From positions 1 to 21,645 of the forward strand of contig CAXIUT010000002.1 of NCBI GenBank assembly GCA_964035545.1: a DNA stretch of 21,645 nucleotides, given 5' to 3'. Positions 1 to 11,417 of this stretch are shown here, in pieces; the first letter of the stretch is position 1, and each line of letters opens with the position of its first letter. The stretch comes from Bugula neritina. Its lineage: Eukaryota > Animalia > Bryozoa. The position numbers and the translations under genes are program-made. The notes beneath the pieces are model-generated. The model saw nothing but the letters and a program-made list of their open reading frames with translations, did not search any database and was not told where the DNA came from.

Positions 1-87
1 CCCAACCCCAACCCCAACCCCAACCCCAACCCCAACCCCAACCCCAACCCCAACCCCAACCCCAACCCCAACCCCAACCCCAACCCC
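1..87. repeat. Left telomere, (CCCCAA)n
   Basis: About 14 perfect CCCCAA repeats at the window start. C4A2 is the telomere repeat known from Tetrahymena and related ciliates. Confidence 0.98.
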
Positions 88-184
88 GTAGATATAACAA
101 AAAGGGCTGGATTAAGTTATTTGGGTTCATAACTAAAATTGATAATATGATAGTATTAATTATTTTAATTTTGAATTCTGAGCT

Positions 185-1012
185 ATGAAAGAGTATAGTG
201 ATCCTACATTGGAAAATGTTGGTTCTTAAATAGAAATATTCCCTGGGAGAGGACAATTCATTCTCTCTCAAAGTTTTCTTTAAAGTTCTATTTTCAACCA
301 AAAAAGTATTCTTCCTCAAACTCCTTTCTCTGATCTGAAATAAGTTTCCCTCAAGAACCCATTTGGATTTAATCTTTAAGATCAAACTGAGCACTGTCCT
401 ACCAATGACAACCTAACTCTGTCTCCTCAACATAATGATCCTGTTTTTGGAGTTTTAGATCTAAAAAGAGGAACTTCTTAGCAATGGAATCTATAAAAAG
501 AAGACTAGGTCTTTGAAATGAATCAGATGGCTTAATATAGAAGCATTCCTCTTCATGAAATTGAATTATCTTATCATACTCAAAATGACAATGAAATCAA
601 CATGGACTAAAGCTGTAAGAGCAGTCTTAAAACAAGTCATCAGAATATAAAGGAATCAACAAAGAATGTGACAAAAAATATGGGAAAATTATTATTAAAA
701 TGGATATGGGTCAACCAATAAAGGTTAAAATAAGCTTTATAATATGAGTAAAAATAATGGTAATAATTTATTTAGAAGATAAAAATTTGGAAAAAATAAA
801 ACAACCTTACTCGTAGATTTCTAACTTCAAAATGGCATGGACCTCGTCCTGAACATAGAATATTCAGAATACTGAGTCATAGATTTTTTAGGGCAGAATG
901 TCGAGGGGCCATAATGTCATCTAGTATTGAGAATAAGTCAATGCATATTGATAAAATAGATAAGTATCTTGCTGGAGTGAGTAAGGCGTCAGGTTTGGAT
1001 TCTCTTAATTGA
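185..1012 (+). CDS. Uncharacterised 275-aa protein with a low-complexity N-half and a basic C-terminal domain (KNVTKNMGKLLLKWI...FRILSHRFFR...)
   Basis: ATG185 to TGA1010-1012 is open with TAR=Glu and needs no intron. The C-terminal domain resembles, from memory only, an expanded family of hypothetical proteins in oligohymenophorean ciliates. Confidence 0.75.
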
Positions 1013-1054
1013 TTTTTATATTTTATTTTAGAGATTATTCGATACATATTGAGA

Positions 1055-2312
1055 TCAGGCTGGAAATACACCTATACTATCCAAATAAAGTTAAGCATCA
1101 GCTGCTATGGCCTATATGCCACGGTTGGCATCGATTTTCTTTAGTTTTGATTGTTTTTAGTAGAATTAGACCACTGGTTTTGTCTGGTCGTTGAAGGTTG
1201 TTAGTCTTTTAACGATAGATTCTTAGTTATCGTCAGATCGACCACTAGTTTTACCTCTTTCTAGCAATCTTCTTTTGAGTTCTTCTTATTCACAATCAAA
1301 GAAAAGAACAGCTTTCAGGTTAATCCATTTGGCCATAACTTTTTCCCATACATCCATGTTTTATTGTCCTCTAGGAAATCCATCGAGTAGGTATCTTCCA
1401 CCATAGTTATTTCTTTATATTTTTTATTGGATAATTCTAACCATTAAATCACTACTGATCAAATTACCTTATTTGATAACAGCATCAATTTATCTACCTA
1501 ATTTAGACCCAGTTTTGACTTAGGCTCTTAGAAGGTCTCCAGTTGATAAATGTTAAAATTTATATTTTTTAACTAAGATGTCACATTGACTATATATTGA
1601 TACAAATACGTGCCTTTTCCTGATCCTGGGCCGCCTAGGACAAAGATCATTTATGCTGGTGATGGAGGTCTAACATTGACTTAATTTAATTTGTTAGTTA
1701 ATTCTTAGTAAATTTGTTATCTATTTTTGCTGGCATCAATTTTAATACAATTGTTCTTTTTTTAAAAGGATTCAACGATAGGCATGGTTTAGTTAGTAAA
1801 AGTATCTAGTCTTTTTTGGATAGTTTATGGATTATCATCAGCTCTTCCACTTGTTTTAGCCCGTTACATTATTCTATCAATAAGAATTTGGGAAGGACAG
1901 TCGAAATAGATCAAATTACGTACTACAACATCGTCTCCGAGTTGTTTTTAGAACTAATCCCAATTTTATTTATTTCTAGGGAAACCATCAAACAGGTACC
2001 TTCTGTTGCCATCTATTTGAATAGCATTTTTAAGTAACTTAACTACTAATTAGGAAGGAAGGAGTTTTCCTTACTTAATATAGTTTTATATGGTTTATGC
2101 CATTTAGCCTCCTTTTTATTTTTAGTCTCGAAGAAGATCACCAGTGGATAAGTGTCTGAATTTATAATTTTTAATTAGATTTTATGCCTGTGTTCCTTTT
2201 CCACTTCCTGGTCCTCCTAAAAGGAAAAAGATGTGAGGCTTTGTCAGTACTCCATGACTGTTTTGTTAATTCTATTTTGATAACTAAGTACACTGGACTA
2301 GGCGCACCCCAT
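1055..2312 (-). CDS. Adenylate kinase / UMP-CMP kinase family protein with two tandem kinase domains, 405 aa, N-terminal MGCAESS acylation motif
   Basis: Two copies each of LGGPGSGKGTQ, HLSTGDLLR, DGFPR and SGR(A/S)DDN. Frame is restored by 20-nt introns at 2272-2291 and 1590-1609. Stop TGA at 1057-1055. Confidence 0.93.
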
Positions 2313-2408
2313 TGTTGTTAATTATATATCTTAAACTACTCAATTAAATATGGCTTTTAAGTAAACTATCAAATAATAGTTCAAATATTAAAAATAATAA
2401 CTTCAATA

Positions 2409-2442
2409 CTAGTTTTATTGTCTAGTTTTATTGTCTAGTTTT
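2409..2442. repeat. Short intergenic tandem repeat, CTAGTTTTATTGT x2.6
   Basis: 13-bp unit read directly from the sequence. Confidence 0.8.
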
Positions 2443-2527
2443 GAGAGGTATTTACTATTGTTGTTTATCAATTGTTTGATATTTAGGTAATAAATGTAAG
2501 GTAAAGTAGAATGACAAAAAGAGGATA

Positions 2528-3343
2528 TCATTTATTTTTACCAAGAAGAGATGATATTTTATTTTGAAGACTATCTATCTTATTTATATTTTTATTATAC
2601 TTCTATATCCAAGTATTACTTCCCTCAACTTTTAAATCATTTTTCCTTATATCTAAAGACATATCTAGACATTTCTATTCCCTTGCCCTGCCCTTAGGCG
2701 GTATATATAGCTCTCTTTCTACGTTCTTTTACTACCTCTTCATTCCATATCTATCATTTTGAGAACCAACTTTTATATTTTAGATATTGTCGATTCCTAT
2801 CAATGATAGTTCATGCTGTCTGCTTTTGGTTTCAGTTGATACTTTGTTGAAACTGGTTAGGTTCATGGTTTTATTTTTGAGTGGAGATGTTTTGATATGA
2901 AGAGGAGCTGTTCCTTTAATGGGCGATTTATTCCTATTTTAGTTTAGTATCTTGATAGGACTGCTTGTCATCTCACTATGTCTGTAAACCGAATCATTCT
3001 TATCTTTATGTCTATATATTTTATCCTGCTCTTCTCTTCGGTAGTGATCAAACTGGTATTTTCCTTTAGAACTAATATCACTATTATCTCTTTGCGAAAG
3101 AGGGAGAGATTATTAGTTGTATTTACTTCTAAGAGGAGAAGGTTTATGGTTGTAGGAGAGGTGAAAGGGAGAAGGTTCTGGGTTGAGTTGAAGGGTGAGG
3201 TTAGGATGGAATGATTATCTGTGGGTGGTGAGTGGACGGGTGGGCGAGATGGTGGGAGTAGGGGTTTGTGTTCTAGATGGTTATGCGTATCCGTATTTAT
3301 GTTTGATTTGGTATAATCTTTGACAGAACTTCGGGTCTTTCAT
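2528..3343 (-). CDS. Uncharacterised 271-aa Ser/Pro/Lys-rich protein
   Basis: ATG3343 to TGA2530-2528 open under TAR=Glu (MKDPKFCQRLYQIKHKYG...IDSLQNKISSLLGKNK*). No domain recognised. Confidence 0.7.
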
Positions 3344-3428
3344 GGATGTTCTAAGAGTATCAATAATTATTAATAAAGTAAACTTACTTTTTATTATTAT
3401 TATTGAATCAATTCATAAAAAGAGTATA

Positions 3429-4046
3429 TCAAGGATATTCCATCAATTTAGTACTTATGTTTTAGAATATTTAGTCCATCCGATCGATTTCTTCATCTCT
3501 CTATGCTCTAATTCTTTACAGTTATTTTATTTTCTATTTCTAGATGTTATCTTACTTTATCAATATTCTATTCTTGATGTCCTAATTAAACTATTCTTTG
3601 CTGATAGTTGTTTTACTGTTCTATTTCTAGTTCTCGATATTTTATCTACTTTATCTATTTTAGGTGTAAATATCTCTTATTTTGGCCAGTTTATCATTTT
3701 TATAGTTATTTTGACTATGTTTGTCTATTTTTATTTTGATATCGTTGACCATTTAATCAAGCTTATCTTTCTATCTATATTATTTTATTATATTAGCTAC
3801 TTATTTGTCACATCCTTTTTGTTCATTAGATTTATTACTATTATTCTAAAGTAGTTAGATATATTTTTAAGCTTCTCTTAATGATTTCTATAGATATTTA
3901 TTTTTAGATATTAGTTCTTGAATGGTCATATCTTTTATTTTAAGTTAGCTGGTTGTTTTGAGATATGCTTGCGATATTATAGTAAATTGTTTTTCGAGGA
4001 TAGATAGTTTAGAATTGTATATATTTTATAAGGAGTTGTTATTCAT
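3429..4046 (-). CDS. Uncharacterised 205-aa coiled-coil protein
   Basis: ATG4046 to TGA3431-3429 open under TAR=Glu, with E/K/I/L-rich heptad-like composition. Confidence 0.7.
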
Positions 4047-4105
4047 TTTCTATTGTTCAATTAATTATAGAAATATTATCTTAGAATATCATTCAGAAGA
4101 ATATT

Positions 4106-5128
4106 ATGAACAAAAAGCACTTATAGCAAAATATGAACAAAAAGCACTTCTAGCAAAACATCAAATCATCCTACTAAATCTACTAACTCAGTCATTTATA
4201 ACAAATTCATTAGCAACTAGACTAATCTCTATGCTAGAGTATTTAGTCATTAAAATTGCAACTAAAACTCAATTAAATTCAGTCATAAAAATCAACATCA
4301 AATAGTACCAATTAGATAGATGAGATACTATCAAAGCAGTTGCAGATTCGTGGAATATTTACATAGGAGTTACTGAATAGCCAGATTCTGGTATAAAAAA
4401 ATAAATAGATGATGTAGATGATAGTAAATTACTAGAAAAGGATAAAAGATTTAAGAACGATACTTATCCATAAATAATCAGATTTACATTTATTTTAGGA
4501 AGACTATAGTAGAAACAATCTTCCTAAACAGGATAATTTATACAAGATAAATAATTATTCTGCATTGACTAGCAACATGTTGAAACATTTAAGATAAAAA
4601 AAGAAAATATAAGTATAAATACAATCACTAACCCATGCTCTTCAATATTTCTATCCCAAAAAAATGTCCATCCCTAAAAACATCAAATAAAATAGATCTT
4701 TAAGTAAAAGAGAACCCTTTAAGTATAGATAGTAAGGATTGAGATAGAATGTTAGTATCGTGCAGAAAGACAGTTTGGTTGATAGAATGATGAAGATGAT
4801 AGAGATATAGAACAAGAGATAGTTGGAGATAGTCAATTAGGTCAAATAGCTATAGAAATAGATTGGTATTTAGTAATAGAAAAGGAAATAAAGGAAAGGG
4901 TATTATAGTAGATTGTAGGCTTAGAGGAAGATGAAGATGATGTTGAAATAAGATAGAAGATATCAAAAGATAAATAAATAATAAAAAACAACATAAAAAA
5001 GATAACTACTAATCGACAATATAAATATAATAAAACCCTAAATGTTATAAATATAGTTAAAATTGTCAAATGATAAGTAAAAGATAAATATGAGAAATCG
5101 TAAAAGCAAATAGTTCAAATAAAACTGA
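4106..5128 (+). CDS. Uncharacterised 340-aa coiled-coil protein
   Basis: ATG4106 to TGA5126-5128 open under TAR=Glu. Head-to-head with the previous gene (59 bp between ATGs). The first 27 bp are tandemly duplicated. Confidence 0.72.
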
Positions 5129-5210
5129 TCATATTCTATCACTAATAAACTGATCATATTCTATCATTAATAATACTATTGATCATATTCTATCACTAAT
5201 AATACTATTG
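5125..5210. repeat. Short (about 3 copies) diverged version of the 29-bp repeat, starting at the stop codon of the 4106-5128 gene
   Basis: TGATCATATTCTATCA(C/T)TAATAA occurs three times. Confidence 0.9.
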
Positions 5211-5246
5211 CTCATTTATTATTAAATACTATTAAATTATCAGATA

Positions 5247-5310
5247 TTGGTTGGGGTTGGGGTTGGGGTTGGGGTTGGGGTTGGGGTTGGGGTTGGGGTT
5301 GGGGTTGGGT
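5247..5310 (+). repeat. Internal telomeric tract 1, (TTGGGG) about 10 copies
   Basis: TTGG-(TTGGGG)n-TTGGG followed by TCAT. Confidence 0.97.
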
Positions 5311-7532
5311 CATTAATAATAGTATTGATTTTATTCTATCATTAATAATACTATTGATTTTATTTTATCATTACTAATAGTATTGATCATATTCTATCAT
5401 TAATAATACTATTGATTTTATTCTATCATTAATAATAGTATTGATTTTATTCTATCATTAATAATACTATTGATTTTATTTTATCATTACTAATAGTATT
5501 GATTTTATTCTATTATTAATAATACTATTGATTTTATTCTATCATTAATAATACTATTGATTTTATTTTATCATTACTAATAGTATTGATCATATTCTAT
5601 CATTAATAATACTATTGATTTTATTTTATCATTAATAATAGTATTGATTTTATTCTATCATTAATAATACTATTGATTTTATTTTATCATTACTAATAGT
5701 ATTGATCATATTCTATCATTAATAATACTATTGATTTTATTTTATCATTAATAATAGTATTGATTTTATTCTATCATTAATAATACTATTGATTTTATTT
5801 TATCATTACTAATAGTATTGATTTTATTCTATCATTAATAATACTATTGATTTTATTTTATCATTACTAATAGTATTGATCATATTCTATCATTAATAAT
5901 ACTATTGATTTTATTCTATCATTAATAATACTATTGATTTTATTTTATCATTACTAATAGTATTGATCATATTCTATCATTAATAATACTATTGATTTTA
6001 TTTTATCATTACTAATAGTATTGATCATATTCTATCATTAATAATACTATTGATTTTATTTTATCATTACTAATAGTATTGATTTTATTCTATCATTAAT
6101 AATACTATTGATTTTATTCTATCATTAATAATACTATTGATTTTATTTTATCATTACTAATAGTATTGATCATATTCTATCATTAATAATACTATTGATT
6201 TTATTCTATCATTAATAATAGTATTGATTTTATTCTATCATTAATAATAGTATTGATTTTATTCTATCATTAATAATACTATTGATTTTATTCTATCATT
6301 AATAATACTATTGATTTTATTTTATCATTACTAATAGTATTGATCATATTCTATCATTAATAATACTATTGATTTTATTCTATCATTAATAATAGTATTG
6401 ATTTTATTCTATCATTAATAATACTATTGATTTTATTTTATCATTACTAATAGTATTGATCATATTCTATCATTAATAATACTATTGATTTTATTTTATC
6501 ATTACTAATAGTATTGATCATATTCTATCATTAATAATACTATTGATTTTATTCTATCATTAATAATAGTATTGATTTTATTCTATCATTAATAATACTA
6601 TTGATTTTATTTTATCATTACTAATAGTATTGATCATATTCTATCATTAATAATACTATTGATTTTATTCTATCATTAATAATAGTATTGATTTTATTCT
6701 ATCATTAATAATAGTATTGATTTTATTCTATCATTAATAATACTATTGATTTTATTTTATCATTACTAATAGTATTGATCATATTCTATCATTAATAATA
6801 CTATTGATTTTATTCTATCATTAATAATAGTATTGATTTTATTCTATCATTAATAATAGTATTGATTTTATTCTATCATTAATAATACTATTGATTTTAT
6901 TTTATCATTACTAATAGTATTGATCATATTCTATCATTAATAATACTATTGATTTTATTCTATCATTAATAATAGTATTGATTTTATTTTATCATTACTA
7001 ATAGTATTGATTTTATTCTATCATTAATAATAGTATTGATTTTATTCTATCATTAATAATACTATTGATTTTATTTTATCATTACTAATAGTATTGATCA
7101 TATTCTATCATTAATAATACTATTGATTTTATTTTATCATTACTAATAGTATTGATCATATTCTATCATTAATAATACTATTGATTTTATTCTATCATTA
7201 ATAATACTATTGATTTTATTTTATCATTACTAATAGTATTGATCATATTCTATCATTAATAATACTATTGATTTTATTCTATCATTAATAATACTATTGA
7301 TTTTATTTTATCATTACTAATAGTATTGATCATATTCTATCATTAATAATACTATTGATTTTATTCTATCATTAATAATACTATTGATTTTATTCTATCA
7401 TTACTAATAGTATTGATCATATTCTATCATTAATAATACTATTGATTTTATTCTATCATTAATAATACTATTGATTTTATTCTATCATTACTAATAGTAT
7501 TGATCATATTCTATCATTAATAATACTATTGA
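5310..7532. repeat. 29-bp minisatellite, 76 units plus 19 bp: TCATTA(A/C)TAATA(C/G)TATTGA-T(TT/CA)TATT(C/T)TA
   Basis: Length 2223 = 76x29 + 19, so there are no net indels. Only a few recurrent variants occur. Non-coding: the period is not a multiple of 3 and TGA is present on both strands. Confidence 0.97.
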
Positions 7533-7560
7533 TCTTTTATAACTAAATACTATCAAATTA

Positions 7561-9737
7561 TCAGATATTGTCTATCAAGTCATCGACGTTGTAGTCTATA
7601 TGTAGCACCCAGTATTTATTTTATTCCAGGGATTCTATTTATACTATATTATCTTTGTTTTGTTTGTTTTATTTATCTGATTATATTACTAAAGAGTTTT
7701 ATATTTGTTTTTGCAGCTAATCGATGAAATCATGATCTTATATATTTTATTCAGGTTAAGGTTCATACTATGAAGTGGGAGTTTTTCCTAGAAAGTTTAA
7801 GTGGTTGGCTAGTATTTATTATTTTTGGAACATGACTTAATGTTTTACATCTTTTCCTGAAGCATAACCAGCCAAAGCCTTTCTAGAATTATAAATCTCT
7901 TTCTCAAGAAATGACTATATAATATCATCAAACTATTAATCTATATATCTTTATTACTACTTTAGATGTACTCCTTAATAGTTGCATTATTAGCACTATG
8001 TTCTCTCAATTTGATGCATAGATTAATTAGATGAGCAATGTATCCTTTTCTTTTGTGATATAAAATAGATTTTTATTGAATTACTTTATCTTCTTGCACT
8101 TATTGTTTTATCCAGTTAAGTAGGATGTGATCTTTTAGCAATGATTTTAAAAATATAGAATTTTATGGTTCTACTAATGCGATGTCTATTATTTTCATTA
8201 TTTAGTTATGTAATATATTGTTATTTTAATACTGTTTTATTAGGTTAAATAGAAGAGGAAATAAATTGTTATTATTTGATACTATATGTTTACTATTTAA
8301 TATATTTTATTTTATTAGGCACTTTAGGATTTATATTATCTTTAATCTGCCCATCCCAAATCTATTGTGTTCTTTATTACTTATTTACAATTTTTTACAA
8401 CTACTATCAATAAACTATGTTAGCAGTTTCTCAAATTTATTCATTGTATTTTGATCTTATGGAATAACCAATGGTACGTTTATTAAATATGTCAATAATA
8501 CTGGAGCATTGTATATTGATACTGATTAGTTATCACTCACGATGTTATTTATTATTGATGTTATAATATCAAATTAAAAAAACTCATTTTTTATTTATTT
8601 GTTTTATGATTTTAAATTTGATATTTTTTAAATTATTTAGCAGATATATGATGATATGTTACTCATTTACTGTATTATGTTATAGATACTGCAACATCAG
8701 AAGGAGTCTCTAGTTTATTCAATAACTTTTTAAATAATTATACTCTTTCTGAAAGATAATCTAGTGATTATGTGGTTATAATTTTGATAAGAAAATCACC
8801 AACTGATCGAGATTAAATATGTTTTATGATGTTTTATGTCATTTGCTACTTAAATATATATTTATTAAGCTAATTATCATACTAGGTACCTAGGTCGATC
8901 GTTTGCCCATAAAATATGCTAGTATTTTGCAAATATAACCTGCTAAAGTATAATTTAATTATCCTTCGAAATATGCAAGTAGGGATTATATTAATGGTGG
9001 TACTTCTTTTTGTATTATTTTTTATATTTTTCTTTTCTATTTTATTATCTTTGTTTGTTTCTTCTTCATAGACTTTTATTTATCTTCTTCTTTTATCTAT
9101 CCTTTTAAAGATTCAACTTTTTATGATTATTTCTTTCCTTCTTTTTCAATATTAGGTTAAGGAATAGTCTCATTCTACTTTTACACTTATTTTTAAATCT
9201 TTGTTTAAATCTCTTTTCCTTAACTAACTTATTATTTGACTTATTATTTGATATTTATTGTTTAGACTTTAACTATTTATTTCTTTTCTTTGTTTGAAGA
9301 TCCTTTTTATGCTTTATTGGGCAAATCTTCTTAAATTTCTACTTCTAATTAATAATCTTCTTAAATAACGCTTTTTTATTAAATTTCTAAAGGTTTATCA
9401 GGCAAGAAGAACTAAATAGCTGTTGGATTATCAATACAAAGTAGTTAACATGCACTAAAAGGATATCTAAATATTCAAAAAGGTTTATACTTGTAGCCTC
9501 TATTTTTATTATCCTAAGTTCCTAAGACAGTTAAATACTAAACTAGCTCTTTGAACTTGTCATAGGTCATGCTTGATCAATAAAAAGGTACAAATTAATG
9601 ATTTTAAGATTGTTACTTTTGTACTAGCCAATGAAAGAATCCTAATCTAAGAGTCTAGCCATGGACATTTGAGGTTGATCAAGCAGTTAGTTCAAAACTG
9701 AGTTGTTAGTTCTGAATAAATTGGTAAAGTTGAACAT
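7561..9737 (-). CDS. SAPS-domain protein (SIT4-associated protein / PP6 regulatory subunit), 690 aa
   Basis: Family motifs RLLDEDSFIGEYKSNNLKIINF, YKYPFSACELL, LNYTLAGYICKI, FGMGRLKIIEIL, YENNNILHNEI and RKGYIAHL. Introns at 9572-9591 (20 nt), 9467-9490 (24), 8870-8889 (20), 8670-8689 (20) and 7941-7960 (20). A long E/K-rich insert lies at about 9000-9380. Confidence 0.88.
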
Positions 9738-9864
9738 TCTTTTCCCTCCTATCAATTATCTAATATCTATAGTATTTGATATATTCTTATCATATCATAT
9801 TTAATCTTTAATATAACTAATCTGTAAAATAGATAATAAGTGATAATGATGATTGGGTTAGAGA

Positions 9865-11280
9865 TCATTCTTCGATGTCTTCGGGCAAGTTCTACAAATC
9901 CAATTGTTTTCCTGTTATATCAGTGTACATTTTCAATACATTTTCGGTTTAGTTTTCAAAGTGTGATGTGGCATCAAAAGTTTCAGAAATAAAAAGACCA
10001 TCAGCTGATTTAGTTGAAGGAACATATCGTTCAGTAATAGTAATGAATTTTTCCTTAACCTTTCCGCAAAGTTCAAGAGCACTTTGGATTTCTTGTTCTG
10101 GGTTGTTTGTTTCTACAGTTGTGCTGATGATAGCCACAAAGTATCCTTGTTTGCTGATACTGTGAACTGATGACACCATCATGATGTATACATCTATATA
10201 AAGGGATAAGTACCATTTTTTCTTTTGATTTGTCTTTGAGGTAAAATGATTTGCACAGAAGGGATGTTTTCAGTTCCTGGAATTGGATGATCAAGAATGC
10301 AGATACATCTGATGATCTTCTCAACGAATTTAACTCTATCTTTAAGACCACAACGCAAAGCATATGTAGGATCGCAAATAACTGTCTTGCATTTAGCTAC
10401 TCCTTGAGGACCTTTCACTCCCACGACCTTTCCATCTTCATAAAGAATTTCATTGATATCAGTATTAAGCATGAATGTTCCTCCATTTACAGCACTGATT
10501 CTTGAAAATCCTTCAGGGATACCTCCCAGACCGAAAATTGGATAAATGAATGGAGAGGGATTGTTGCCCATTGAGTCCATATAAAGTTGAATCTTTTTGA
10601 TGAGTTCGATAGCTGGTCTATGAAGGAAACTATCGTTGGTGTAAAGAGCAACTGCATGACCAATGAAATCAATAGTGTTATCTTCCAATCCGTATTTTTA
10701 GAGCATTTCTTTTCCAGGTCTATCCATTTTAATTCCTTCATAAGTCTTAGGTTTTCCTTCCTCGAAGTTTTGGACAGCTTCCAAGAATTTTTGGCATCTT
10801 CTCTTTTCAAGAAGGCCCATAAGATCTGAAGAAAGGGCCTACTTGGGAGTGACAGGCACTTTGAACACTTTCATTCCTCCTTTCGAGAAGAATCCTGGTT
10901 CTTTGAATTGAAGGACATAGGTTCCGTCAATGGCTAAATAACTAAAAAAATACGTTTCCATTCGAGATATCTAGAGACTCTAGTTTTGAGGAGTATTTTA
11001 ACAAGTTTTCCTCCGTACATGATGTACTTGGGGATAAGGTCAATGTTCCAATCTCTGTTATGTCCTAGTTCTTTGTTGGGATCTTCTTTATCTCTGAAGA
11101 GTTTCCAGAGGTTGGTGAGGTTGACTGAGGCTCCTTCTCCTCCATAGAAGTTATTTCTGTCGATGTGTAAAACTTTTTTGCCTGGATAGAAGAAGCTATA
11201 CCTTCTTGTGAGAGCAGGCCTGAGAGGATGCACTCACTGAGTCCTGTTCCACAAACTACAACGTCGTAGGTTTAGTCCAT
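9865..11280 (-). CDS. GDI1: Rab GDP dissociation inhibitor, 451 aa
   Basis: [89 protein letters not shown] and FDATSHFE. Three 20-nt introns at 11182-11201, 10934-10953 and 10194-10213. Confidence 0.97.
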
Positions 11281-11417
11281 AATCGATCTAAATAATGTTA
11301 ATTGAATATTTTTAAAGCCCCCGATTTAAATAGCATATCAATAATATATCTAATACCATCTAAGCTATAAAATATAATTCATTTAGGTTAACTATCTTAT
11401 TAAATTCAAGACCTCAA

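Noticed and set aside
5310-7532. CRISPR array (palindromic repeat of about 29 bp)
   Set aside because: There are no unique spacers (the 10-bp linkers are three recurring variants), no cas genes, and the context is eukaryotic.
5310-7532. Rolling-circle copy of one small circle, or a repeat-protein coding region
   Set aside because: Variant order has no fixed higher-order period, 29 is not a multiple of 3, and TGA occurs in all frames on both strands.
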